Source of the DNA: Dimorphilus gyrociliatus
Lineage: Eukaryota > Animalia > Annelida
Direction of reading: 5' to 3'
DNA length: 64,000 bases
Assembly: GCA_904063045.1 (NCBI GenBank)
Contig: CAJFCJ010000004.1
Location: 1,295,713 to 1,359,712, forward strand
Part shown: positions 24,504 through 37,700 of the stretch, one piece after another
Position numbering within the stretch: the stretch's first letter is position 1
Layout: each line of letters opens with the position of its first letter
The notes under the pieces: generated by a model
Told to the model about the DNA's origin: nothing
The model's input: the letters and a program-made list of their open reading frames with translations, nothing else
The model's database searches: none
Program-made: the position numbers and the translations under genes

Positions 24504-25306
24504 TTATAAGTGAAACAAAAGTGAACATATCAATCTATCGTTGCCTCTCTTTTTGTAATTATGTAAGTATGCATAAAAAGACTCCTCTGTCTCTGTTTTT
24601 CTTTCTATCTTACTCTCAGTAAAATAGCTTGAAAATATAAATGATAATTTTTTGTACAATAACCTTTGGTTGTCTTCTTCTGATTCTTTTTTCAAATTCA
24701 TAGGCCTGTGAGGCAAATCTCGTTTAAACTATAATAGAAATCGCTGAGAGTCAATATTGACAAACTTTTCAAACTTCCTGTTTACCACGGCTGTTTGCAA
24801 TAAAGGCCCATTTTTCTCCTGAAAAGATTGTTTTCATTTTCCGATCACGTAGGCTTAAATCATCATAAATAAAATATTTTATTTTAAAAAAGGTTCGACG
24901 ATCCTGTCATCCGTCCTTAAAGGACTGGCTATTTTAAGATATTTTGTTATGATTAACTGTAAATAAAGTGATAATAGACAAAGAATAAACTGTTGAATGC
25001 TTATTATAATTTGAGATTTGTATTCGTCAAATCTTCCGTAGAATAAAAAAGAAAACTATAAATCAATAATATATCGACTGTTATACCTTAGTTTTTCTTT
25101 TTTAACCAATTAAAAAAAGACCAGGATGGTAAAAAGTAAAATAAAAAAGTTTTATCTTTTTACAATACCATTACCAAGAAACACTCTGAAGGTAGCAACC
25201 AACTTGTTAATTCATTGTTGTGCCTCTCAGTCATCTCAGTTGCATTGAGAATGTTAGAAGGTGTAAAAAATCGATTAGAAATTGGAGATGAATTGTTACA
25301 ACAATG
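24504..25306 (-). CDS. Candidate small uncharacterised gene (about 105 aa from ATG 25234), not recognised
   Basis: Three phase-0 GT-AG exons 25306-25175, 24818-24786, 24728-24504 with a 57-nt intron; no recognisable domain. Confidence 0.25.
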
Positions 25307-25989
25307 CTATTCAAATTCTATAAACGTTACATTTATTCAGGTATTACAAATATAATTTCCCTTCGATTTTTTCCTATCGGAAAAAGGTACTCAGTTTTCG
25401 TATTATTCCACTTTTGATAGTTCAATAAACTTAATACAATGACTTGTGCCTGTAATAATACTTATTAATTTATATTTCTTTTTTAATCTTTCGATTGTCT
25501 TCTTTTTAAATGCGCCATCTTTCTATTATCTTCTTCATACTTTCTTCTTTATATTACCGTCCCTCTTTCTCCCTCTCTCTCTCTCTCTGTCTGTCTGTCT
25601 CTCTTCTCTATTCATCATCATCTACTCTTTTTAATATATTTGCCTTAAAGATTTTTCATTGTACATGAATATTTGTGGTTTATTCCTATACTATTTATAA
25701 CGGTGTATTTCCATAAATACGCTGTTTTCTTTCTATGCTCTGCTTGGTATACAATATAGATGAAATATGAATAAATTTGCTAATGTTAAATATAAATATA
25801 TAGGCTAATTATTTACGTATTTGTATACAAATATACGCCTAAATTTTCCTTGCTGTAATTCTTTGCTTGAATACCGTTGTTGAATAATTAAGAATATTTC
25901 TTTTAAAGTATAATAATGACTCATTCTGTCTAGTTTGCAATAAGGTTGTATAAAAATTTTTTATATATGCTATTAATGTTTATCACCAG

Positions 25990-26260
25990 CGTAACGGCGA
26001 GGGGAAGAGAAAGCAAACCGGAAAAGTCAACCGCGCTACGGAAGTCGTCTTACTACCGTAAAACGTCCGTCTTCGGACGTTTTAACGCATTTCCTTAATC
26101 GCGGGTGTTTCTTTCGACTAGGCCTAGCAGAACAAACGCTTTTGGATCGATCGTAGTCATAACAATTGGAGCCTGCGTTTGTCGATGTAGACTGTCGACC
26201 GGAAGTTAGGTGAAAAAAAGCGTCACCAATAAATATTGACAATTTCGACCCTTTCTTCAC
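25990..26260. other. GC/CpG-rich island with hairpins and ETS-like motifs (promoter or structured ncRNA)
   Basis: Markedly CpG-rich against the AT-rich background; CGGAAGT at 26039 and CCGGAAGT at 26199; perfect 10-bp hairpin 26060-26083. Confidence 0.5.
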
Positions 26261-26712
26261 AATTGTTATTGTTATGTTTATCCAAAACGAGCTGAAGTAG
26301 GCTTGCTCCCTTCTATTCTTCATACTTCCTCTCGGTTGATTGTTTACTTGAATAATGCTGTATACATGAAGTTGTCATTTGAAGATGAATGGAAATCTAT
26401 TCACAACTCTTGAACAAGAACAAATAAGTTATTATAATGTAAACTAACAACAAACAAAATATCATTAATCATGTGGTTAAACAAATGAAATTATACCTGT
26501 TTTAGAATCAACCAATTATTTATTGGTTAAACATAAGTAATCAAAACAAATTTATACTTATAAAAGTCATAGCTATATAACCCCAACTTTATAATTGTTA
26601 TCAAATAGATAGTATACATATATATATATATATATATATATATTGATGCCTTTTATTAACAATAGAATATATATCTAATTATATAAATACAAAAATTGTA
26701 TATGTGCTTATA

Positions 26713-26714
<2 letters not shown>

Positions 26715-26751
<37 letters not shown>
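26715..26751. repeat. (TA)n microsatellite (others at about 26618-26643, 27227-27254, 42161-42184)
   Basis: Uninterrupted TA runs read directly. Confidence 0.9.
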
Positions 26752-26758
<7 letters not shown>

Positions 26759-27223
26759 GATAAACATATATGAATAAATTGATACTTATTTATATAAACT
26801 GTAGTTTTGTGTATATTTGTAATTTCTATATAGACGAGAGAAAAGTAGGTTGGCAAATATATTCAATTATTTTATATTTTGATAAGTTGCCATACAGTTG
26901 CATGCTCGACATTGTTCATTGATAAAACGCTATAAAAAAATATAGTGTCAGTTTACACTTTACATGAATATGATGCGTGATAAACAAAACAGTGCGATAC
27001 TCTTTGCACATACTTTGTATTATTATAAGAATTATATATTATCTAAATATATACAGTATATATATATAGTTTAAATTAAAGGATCTTTTGATGTCTTATT
27101 TCTTAGATATATAAACAGTAGCTCTCTTCTTTGTAGCCACAATTTTAACATTTATACTACTTGATTCATTTACATCTTCCTAGTTTTATCATATGCTTCC
27201 TCTTTCCTTAAACAATAAAAACG

Positions 27224-27257
<34 letters not shown>

Positions 27258-28720
27258 TAATTTAAGGCAAATAATCTAATCTGAAAGAAAAAAAGTAATT
27301 AAACAAAATTTGTTTATATAATAATTTAAAGAAGTGATTAACAATCAATTGAATATAAATTTTTGAATGAATTCAATAAGCTTTCAAGACTCGTAAGCTT
27401 TTTTTTGTCTTAATATAAATATAATTAAGTACACTTTTTATTTTTATGAATAAAAAGTGATATTTTTCTAGTTAAGATGTAAATGTCATAGTACATATAA
27501 TATATTAATATCAATTTTCATGGGTCTTTTTATTTAACATTCGCTTTGTATTAAAGTATCAAATTAGTTTTTGATACAATCTCTCCGCCAAGAACAAGAA
27601 AGTTCATTATATAGAGTTTAATGTATGTAGACTGTATGTCTTAAGTAATCCCTTTTATTGCCTTTCGTGTTTATAGATTGTAATGTTCTAAAATCATAAT
27701 ACTCTCTAATTTTATCCAATTTCTAATTAGAAAAGAAAGTTTCTTTATTTATATTTAAAAAAAAGCTTTTTCTCTCATCAAAACAAAGTAATATAGTTTA
27801 TTTTTAAGTATATCTTCTATGTTATTTCAATTCCTATAATTAATAATTTTTTTTCTTCTTCCCTTACCACTTTTCTCTCTCTCTTCTACTCTCTCTATGT
27901 CTTTCCTCTCTGACGCTGATTTTCTCGTTCATTTTCCACAAATAGATATACATATATAGAGCATATTTCATGTATTTTATCTTATATTCAAAGCGACTGA
28001 ATTCATCGCACTCATGCTTTCATTTAGATATATATATACATATATATATACTGTATACACTTATTCATCCGTTCCCCTCCTCCATTATACCAATTTCAAT
28101 ATGGATTTAATTATTGAATAGCAAGACAGAAAAAAGAATTACTTTGGCAATTACTCGTTAATTGTTTAGATATTAAGGAAATAATTTACATATAGCTTTG
28201 TGTTTTATGTATGTACGTGAGTTTATCAATTCATTCAGTAAAATCAAAACAAAACACCAATCAACCTATTTTATAGGTTATAATTCAGTAATTTGCTTTA
28301 ATTGATAAAGATGATGAAAATAGAAAATAAATAAAAGAAACAAATTCCATAATTATTGATATAATAAAGTTTTTCAAACTTTGTATATTTTTTCAATGTT
28401 TCAGAGAAACGGGTAACAAGATAAGAAGAAAAAAATAAGAGAAAATATTTATATAGGCTTAAATTTTTTTTGATTTTTTATCTTTTTGACTTATATTATG
28501 TTTTTTATTGCTTTTTTTGTTTTTATTAACGAACAGTGTTTCTGCAAAAAGAAAAAAAAGAGAGGCGAATCAAGTTTCGAATAATTTTTTTGTTCTCTGA
28601 AAAAAAGGCGCGTAGCGTGTACAAGTTCATTTTTTGCATGTTTTATATACAAATAGGCCTATCACAGTTCGAATGCAGTTTGATTATCTTTTAGTATTTT
28701 TTTCTTTGCGGTATATTTTT

Positions 28721-31700
28721 TCATAGAGTATCCAAATCTCGATCTTTAAATGGAACTTCATCTTCTTCTTTACTAGGCGGAGTAAGTCGTCGTAATTCAT
28801 GAGTTTCATCTGACACCTTGTTGCTTTTTTTTCTCTTCTTTTTTGCAGAACCTTTAGAACTAGAACTTTCTGCCCCTGAACCGTTAGAGCCCGGTCTTGA
28901 AGGAGGGGTAACTGTTCGTCCTTGCGGAGAAGAAGGTGTTTGTGGTATTTGTGGAGGTGGTGGATGATGAGGAATAACTCCCGGCCTATGCCGTGGCGAA
29001 CTTTGCAGACTACCTTTTGGAGAGGTTGCAGATCCAGATGAGTCTGTTCCGGATTGCAAGCTTCTTGAACAAGAAGTTGAAAAAGGTGTTGAATTTGGCG
29101 TAAACATTTTTAAAATATCGCCTATTTGTTCATCAATTTTTGTCATTTTCGTATTGAGACTTTCAATTTCTTCCTTTATTTCAAGCTTTATGTCGTATAA
29201 AGATGCTATCAATTGCTGTTCCGCAGGGGAGAGCGTTTGAGTAGACTGTGGAGGAGGAGGTTGTTGATGAGCAACTCCGGAATCCAAAGATTCCGTTTTC
29301 TTTAACATGGTTGACCGTTTAATGGCTGAAAGTGGAACGGAGCCAGCAAGCATTCCTAGAGCACTATTCTCGTTCTCCTCTTGAATAACTGGTTCCTGCT
29401 GGCCAAGAATTTTGCCCCATCTAGACATTGGCTTCTTTAAAGGAGGGGTTTCTGTTTTCTTGGTAATTTGCGCAGCCAAGTTCTTTGATGCATTATTATT
29501 GCCTTCTTCGAGCGCTTTAACCCATTTTGACTGCGGCTTTGTCTGCTCCGGTGTTTTTGCTTCTTCCAAATGGTTGACCTCACCCTTTTCAACATCAGTT
29601 GATACAGTGAGTTTGTTATCACTGATCTTTCGGAACCTAGATATTAGTTTTCTAACTGGATGATCTGTTGAGAGATCCAGAGGAGGATCATTTTTCCTTT
29701 TCTCAGCTAATTCTTTCTCTCTTTTAACATCAGCGAGTTTTCTAAATATCAATCTATGCCTGAGATTGTATGTCAGAGTTAAGTTTCTCGCGAAGGAGTT
29801 TGCAAAAGCGTGATAAAATTCAAGTACATCAAGCAACCGCTCACGTTTTATTACGTGCAAATCGCAATAAGTCAACGCTCTAACGTTAGCTGTTGATTGT
29901 CCTATAGTCATTTCCTTCCAAAATAAATCTCCGAAAACGTCACCTTTGCCTAAAATGGCAACTACCTCGTCGTCCTGAATGACTTCTAAGGAGCCGGCTA
30001 CTATAAAGCATAAAAGGTCCAGAGATTCGCCCTGATGGAAGAGAAGATCCCCTGGAGCGCTGTGGCTCATACTGATATGGACGGCCAGGGCTCTCAAACA
30101 TCCATCACTAGCTAGCCGGAAGGCGGGATGTTCATTGAAAACATGCCTGTTTAGATGCACGCAAATGTCGGCTTTCATGTCTTTTGGACAGTAATTGAGC
30201 ACCTGTTTTGAAAAGAGGTGGTATTTACTAAAAAACTACGTTGTTTGTATTCATTATATTGTGTAGACTTTTTTTATGCATAAAGAATCAAATAAAATCT
30301 TATGAATCTTTAATAAGTAGAGTTAGAATAAAAACTACTGTAAAAAATATATTGAACAAATTATTTGAATGAAAGAGAGATCATTTTTCCTTGGAAATCT
30401 GTTATATTTAGCAAAGCTTTGCATACTCTCAGGTAAATTGTAGTTAGATTAAGTGTTAAGAAAACTTTCATCCTTGTGGTCCGCTTCAGATTTAATCAGT
30501 TTTCGACAGTTTAAATAGTCTAATATTTCCTGACGAGCCTCGAAAAAAATCGAATAAAATCTAGATCAATATGGAGTCTATTTCCTACCTTAATTAAAAC
30601 TCCTCTATTCAGTCAGGTGCGTCAACGTTTATACTTATAACGTCGACTTTGTCTATATGTCTATGTTGTCATGACAACAGTGTGTTGTCTCTTTAAAATA
30701 TCATCAAGTGTGAAAAAGTGAGACGAACCTTAGTAGTATCGATTCCCTTAGTGATAGCCCATGTAGATACGACATAATCCATGACCCTTTCGTTAAGTGC
30801 CTTAGGAACGTCATGCAACTTCATAAATTCCCTAACGGAATTGAGTATTTCATGATAACGTCCTGTGTTCGAATACATTTGTTGGAAAATAGTTGTCACA
30901 TTACCGAAGATGGAGGCGTAAAGTAAAGCTGTAAAAATTAGATATAATTGATTAAAATTACTGTAAACTAGAAGTAATATCTATAAAAAATACAGTGTTC
31001 TTCATCAGATATTCATACTAAAGTAGGAAAGAGAAGAAAGGAGGCAAATATAAATTCAAAGATAAAATATTTACCAGTATAATTTTACATATAAGAGATA
31101 GAAGAGATAGTTTTTTTATAGATATCTATATATACTTATATATATTTATATATATACTAATATATGCAGTATATACATATTTTCTTTTCTGTACCTCCCT
31201 TTTTTTGTGGTCATTAAGTAACTAAACTGCGTATACCTTATGTTGTAATAAGAGTTCTATATATGATATAAAATATTAACATGATGAGACGTTGTCAATT
31301 TCCACTTTTAGTTTAATGAAGAAGTTTAATTATTCTATATTTCTCTTAAATATATCTCTTTGGGCGGAAAAAAAAGAAAATATTGATAACTATTGAATTT
31401 ACCGATTGGATGAATAATGATTTTGTTTGTTACGTAGGCAATATGCTTATTAAGCGTTCTAATAAGTCACCTCATAGACTATTTATCACTATATCTTGTA
31501 AAAAATATTTATTATATCTGTTTACATGCTATTTACTTTAGTCATGTCTCTGTTAAATATAAAATTTTCCAACAAACCACGCATAATGACAAACTAATTA
31601 AGAACATGTAGGTCATAATACTGCAAAAAATAGATAGATGGCCGAATTTTTTTTTAAACATCAGTTTTCATTTTCAAAAGATTCGTCTCTCTCTCAGATA

Positions 31701-34700
31701 AAAGTATAGGTATTTTTTTTAAACGTTTTTTCCCTCCCCTTTTCCTCATTCTACACTAAGTAAACTAACACACACACACGCATATATATATACATAGACA
31801 TAGACATAGACACAAGCCTTTTTAGCTTTTAGAAAGAATAATAATCAATTGATTTTTTCTTTTTAATCGATTAAATTAAATTTTCATCTTTTATCATTTT
31901 CTCTTTTTCTTTTCTATTTCAAACATATAGAAACTACTTTGAAAATATATATATTTTTTTTGTTCAAAGTTTATTACGAGATTACCAATCAAAAAAAAAA
32001 GAAAGACCATTAAATGTTAATCATTTATACTTAATATAGAATAAAAGTCATGCAAGAATCCTCTTAATCTTAATCGGATTTGAAATTAGTGTTATATATT
32101 TAAAAAACAGATAGATAAGTTGTCGAAAAAAGGCTACACGCATACCGTGTTTATATATTGGAATATTACAATGTTTATCATAATCTTAGAACTTGTATGG
32201 ATATATACTTATAAAAGATTATTTGTATATCCTTGAAAATATTTTGATGTTCATTTAAATAAATTTTGCTCTAATATATCTTTGATCTAATTTTGATTTC
32301 TTTCATGATTTTAATTAAAACTAAGTTCTTTTTCTATAAATCTTTGGCTAATTGCGCCAAAGAAAAATCAACAAAGCTAAGGAAATGAATAAATACCTTC
32401 TTTAAGTTATATTTTATTCAATTTTTTATTCTAAAATCTATATAATAAAATTAAAAACATATGGATTTTTTTTTGTTTCGAAGAATGTTCTTTTCATCTT
32501 TTATAGTTTATCCCTCCTGCTGCCCCCCCCCCCTCTCTCTCTCTTTCTTTCCTCATTTAATAGAAAACGAAACATAGAACAAAAAAGGGTAGAGTATAAA
32601 AGGAATGCAATAATTTTTTTTCCTGCTTTTACATCTATAATGTAAAGGATAAATTAATAGACTTTCAATCAGGGAAAACGGTTCCATTTCTCAGTAGATC
32701 ATGATCAGGTGGGGGAGTTCTTAGAAATTTGACAAAAATAGCACCTGTCATGATACTGTCTTTGATGAAAATCCTAATTAAGAGTGATTTCTCTGAGATT
32801 TTTTTTTGTCAGTTCAGCACTTGATATCGTAACTAACATAAATGATTTCAAGTCGTGACATTACAAAACAATCAAGAAACTTTATAGTTTGAGTGAAAGC
32901 TAGGAGATAATTTCATAAAAAAATGTTTTGGTTTTCGTAAACTCCTAAAAGTAAAAGCTTTTTTAATGTACTATCTAATAAACTGCATTAGTTTACAAGT
33001 TATGAACTTGATATTGACTAATATAAAAGAGTAAATGAATGATACTTACATCCCAAAATCATCATACAGATGGTGAAAATTTTTTCCATTTCTGTGTTAG
33101 AGCTAACATTTCCAAAGCCAACTGATGTCATACAGCTTAACGTATAGTAAAGGCTAGTTGCGTACGCTTGACCGTCAGTTGGCCCTCCTAAAAGAATATT
33201 TGTACCATTTTCTACTTGATAGTATTCTCTTGTTTCGTTTGCCAAGCGGGTTAACCATCCAAATTTAACTCCGTCTTTTACTTCCGCATGACCAATACTA
33301 TACCAAATGCAAGCCAACCAATGAGCTACTAATACGAACATGAATATGAGCAAGACCAATACGGCTGCACCGTATTCCAAATAATGATCAAGTTTTCTTG
33401 CCACTCGTCCAAGTCGTAACAGCCTTACAACTTTTAAAGCGCTAAAAAGCGAGCTAATACCGTCGTTGACGTGTTGGAAGGCATTGAAAACGTCGTAAGG
33501 AAGGCAGGACAATAAGTCTATGACAAACCAGGTCTTCAAATAATTCATTCTTATAATCCGTGGATCGCTGACTACTTCACCGGCAGCTCCAACAAAAGTT
33601 GTATGAAAATTGAGGATAATATCAACAAAAAAGACTACGTCCACTATTGAATCAACAACAAGTAGTGGGACGTCATCCATTGTTTTATTTTTAAAAGCTA
33701 CGTTGTAAGGAACCATTACAGCTGTATAGAAGGTTAAAACTAGGATAATCCAATCCCAAGTTGCTTTAAAGAAAGAATAATGAAGTATAATGTGCGGAGG
33801 AGTCTTTGGTGCTTCTTGACGATATTGAGGGAGTATATCCGAATTTAAGTTCATCATCTGGTATTAAGAGAAGACATAAATAATCTAATTTAAGAAGTAT
33901 TTGAGCGAAGGGAAGATTTGTTAAATGATTATAGTTCTTTTTCTATTTTTCAATGACACGACGGTACTGAAATTCTTTCAGAGGACATGTTTAATATTTA
34001 ATACTTGGGAATGAAAAGGCAACTATATCTTTTTTCGGGAAGAATTTTACAGTTTCTCACTAATTGGAAACTACAAATATGTCTAATCTGAACAAAGAAC
34101 TCATCTAGTTCTCAAAATTATATGGATAAACGGCTAAACTCTTTGGTAATTCGCCATTTAGCAGCAGGTTAAGGGAACCGGAAAGCAGCATGAAAAAGCC
34201 TTTTTTCTCTCTTTCATAATTTTTTGATGCCCAATTGAGATACTTGAACAAAAGATGTATATTTTCAAAAATAATAACTTTAGCCTATAATTGAACTAAT
34301 ATAATGCCAATACAATTCTCTTTTTTACATATTTTTAACTTATATCAATAAATTATCTATTGTAAATGTATAACAATAGAAAGATAGTGGAATTTTTCAC
34401 TTGAAATTATGGAACGTTTTCTTAAATTGAACCAATACTAAATATTTTTTTCACGTCGCTAAGCAACAAGCAAACACTTTCTAACATAATACTGATAAAC
34501 CCCCACCATCTTTTTTTTTCCTAGTAATAAATCTTTATCAGGAGAGAGTATAAAGTCATTTAGGCTAAAAATAAAAGTCTAAAACGGAAACTTCTAAAAA
34601 ACCTCTTTTAACCAATTACACTATTGAGTTTTGAAAATGACGTTTCTTCAATTAATAAATGTTGTTTTCATTAAAGAATCACTTCGATAATAATTCTAAA

Positions 34701-37700
34701 CTAGCATTTATACCTAGCTACGTAGTTTACAATTGTATATACTTTAATTGATGGAGAACTAAGAAAGTTTTTCCAAATATATCCATTGAAAAAAACTACT
34801 CAGTATTTATATCGCATAGGAATAGCTGTTTCAGAGTAATAATGAATTTTTTATTAGTATTTCGTCATCTAAGTGAAAAAATGACTACTTAACTTGTTTT
34901 GATAGATATCTGCAAAAGCAGCAAATAAGTAAAAAACATATCCTAATATGGATCTTTAACTACTTAACAATAGTTATTACGTAATTATTCATCTTGAACT
35001 TAATTATATTTAAAATATTTAATAAATATAAATTATAGAAAATGAAACAAGAAGTATAAAATAGAAACAAGTTAGGCTGATCAATTGAGAGTTATTAAGG
35101 TACTCCTACATTTTAATGGATGGAAAATGGGAATGGTAAAATTTTTACATGTATCTTTTATAAAAATATTATATAGTATTCAGTTCTCGCTGACTTTTAT
35201 TGTATATGGGTTAATAAATAATGAGTATATGACCTGATGTTTTTACATACGCTTTCAATAACTATTGAGCAATATAAATTTTTAAGAGATTTTAGCAAAC
35301 AAAAAGGTTGCTAAACCTTAGCCATAGGCCTATCTTACACGTCTAACGCACGTATAAAAAAAAGAAATAGTTTTTTAATGTAGCTGATATGTATGTATAT
35401 ATGTGTAGATGGATGGGTTATTATTGTACGTATCATCTTATTCTTTACAACGCCCATTTTTTACTTAAGAACACCTTATTTGACTGCAAAAGGGCAGATA
35501 TCTTTGTTTTAAAAATAGATTTTTAAGATATGGTTTAATTAAATATAGTTAACAATATTACAAATATAATTTAAGTGAACAAGTTAATATATGCTAATGT
35601 TTATATACAATATAATATTACTCTATATTCTATGTATTTTTTATCAAAACATGTCTTTCAAATTGGAAAATGCATTACGATATGGTCTGTATATTTCACA
35701 GGTGGATTAATTTATTATAAAGGTACTATATCTAGATTGCTTTTATACGATATTTACGGCTTTCGATGATGATTGCTGTATTGTTCGTATGTAAGTTACA
35801 ACTTGTCTACAGCTGCAAAAAAAAAATTTATAATGCGTAAAGCATTGATCAGGTCAATGAGCACACCTTTGTTTTCTTTAAATGTTGCCTTTTCAATCGT
35901 ATCTATTTTTCTAGTTTTGCAGATTTTTCAAACTTTTTGCTTAGTAATTATTCATTTCTTTTGGTGAGTATGTTAATTAGACGATGACTAGTTTATGCCA
36001 TATCTTTTGTTTTACTTTTCTTATACACGAATTTAACTCATTTGCTTTTTCAAATAAACTAGAAACATGTCCTACTTATGGGTCATGAATTTTACACATA
36101 TATCTTTGATAATATCGAAAGAAATCAAACGTTGGTTATAGAAATTCTACACCTTCTTAATTCCTTTAGATCAAAGAACTTACATTAGCTATTTGTGACG
36201 GTTTGGAAGATTCGATTTTCGCAGGAGGAATGCTACTCATCTGTGACAAAGCTGGACGATTCCGAGCAACGCTTCGCGCGAGGCGAGCGAATTTGGAAAG
36301 GCCAACTTTGTTTGAAACCGCTGCATTATTTTCATCCTCAATTGGCTGCTTTAAAGCCGTAATATCTTTAAAAGTGCATAGAAAGAGAACAACGATATCT
36401 TTCTCATTTTTTACTGGTGCTATATGCATTAGTAACCATAACGGCGTCTCTGTAAGGGAAAGTGTTAAAATGTATATTAGTATCGTAAAAATTAATAAAG
36501 GTCGCTGGCTATGGCAAACAATCGTAAATAATCTAATACTACTGACGTCACATTTCCTGATTGTTATCTGGATGAAAAACTATAAATATCCTATACCCAC
36601 AAAAGGGTTTGCTAATGGGTGTAAAAATAAATTTTAAAATATTTAAGTAACTGATTCTTTCTATATTTTGAGATAACTCTTTTATTACAAGAACATGAGT
36701 ATACAAAAAGTTACTAATGCAGTGTAATTGTCCGAAAAATGTAATGTCTGTTCCAAAAAATACTTTTATTATTGAGTAACAAAAGCAAACAACTTAGGTG
36801 AAAAGTTTGTCATCAGCCTTAAATCAACAATAAACTATCCATAGAAAAAACTATTGACGTTCTTTCTTTCCCTTTTTTTAATATCTAACAGGTGTTCTTT
36901 CTAAAAAAAAAATTAAACTTGTATGGCCCTAATTACCTAATTAGTGCCAATTAGTTATTATAGAATACAAGAATAAATAAGCAAAAAAAAACTGAGAATT
37001 TAAAGAGGACTTTGCTCTTTTTTTCCTTTCCTCTTTTAAACATATTGTAGTCCACCTAAGGATCGTACTAAGTGACTTTTGGATAAACGATAGATGTATT
37101 ATATCACTATTCAATGGCAGAGTGTATTAACCTTCTCTTTGTTTATCAGTAATTATTATGCAGTATTTTTACTTACTGTTCTTTTTATATAACAAAATTT
37201 CCACTTGAATCTGCTCTTGATTCTCATAAGACTCTTCAATCTTTTTAATTGTATCAGGATGAGTTCTTTCGCCATACATAAAATGACAATTAGATGACTT
37301 TTGCATTACTTCGGCCCTACTAAAACCGCTTAATTTACTAAATCCCTCATTGCAATAGACGATTGGATAATCCACAATTCTTGCGTTGGATAGGATGAAT
37401 GAGCCATCTGTTTTAATTGAAAATAAAAAAATCAGTCATTATCGATCTCTAACGAAATGGCGGGTACATTATTGATTAACGGTCGAGACTTAATGCGATT
37501 GGATTTTTTCCACATTTTTTTTCACAGAGACGCCTTTGATCCGAACGATAGCGAACGTGACAGCGCATTTATGATTAGAAGGCAATTTCTTTTTTTTAAT
37601 TACTGATCTTTAATTCCGTACGTTCATAAATTTATTCCGTTCTTACTTTTTTTTATGAACTAGTTCTTTTTTCCTATCGTATTCCTATTCCCCCTCCCTT

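Noticed and set aside
26036-26323. 95-aa minus ORF across the GC-rich island, and a 7-nt ACCTAAC possible TTAGG telomerase template near 26205
   Set aside because: The ORF has no recognisable domain and is likely a by-product of high GC; the template match is too short to distinguish from chance.
29412-29663. Overlapping ORFs within the last eag exon
   Set aside because: Alternative-frame and antisense shadows of real coding sequence.
35758-35775. Possible 18-nt in-frame eag microexon (QSSSKA)
   Set aside because: The acceptor lacks a pyrimidine tract; such short AG..GT matches are common in AT-rich introns.
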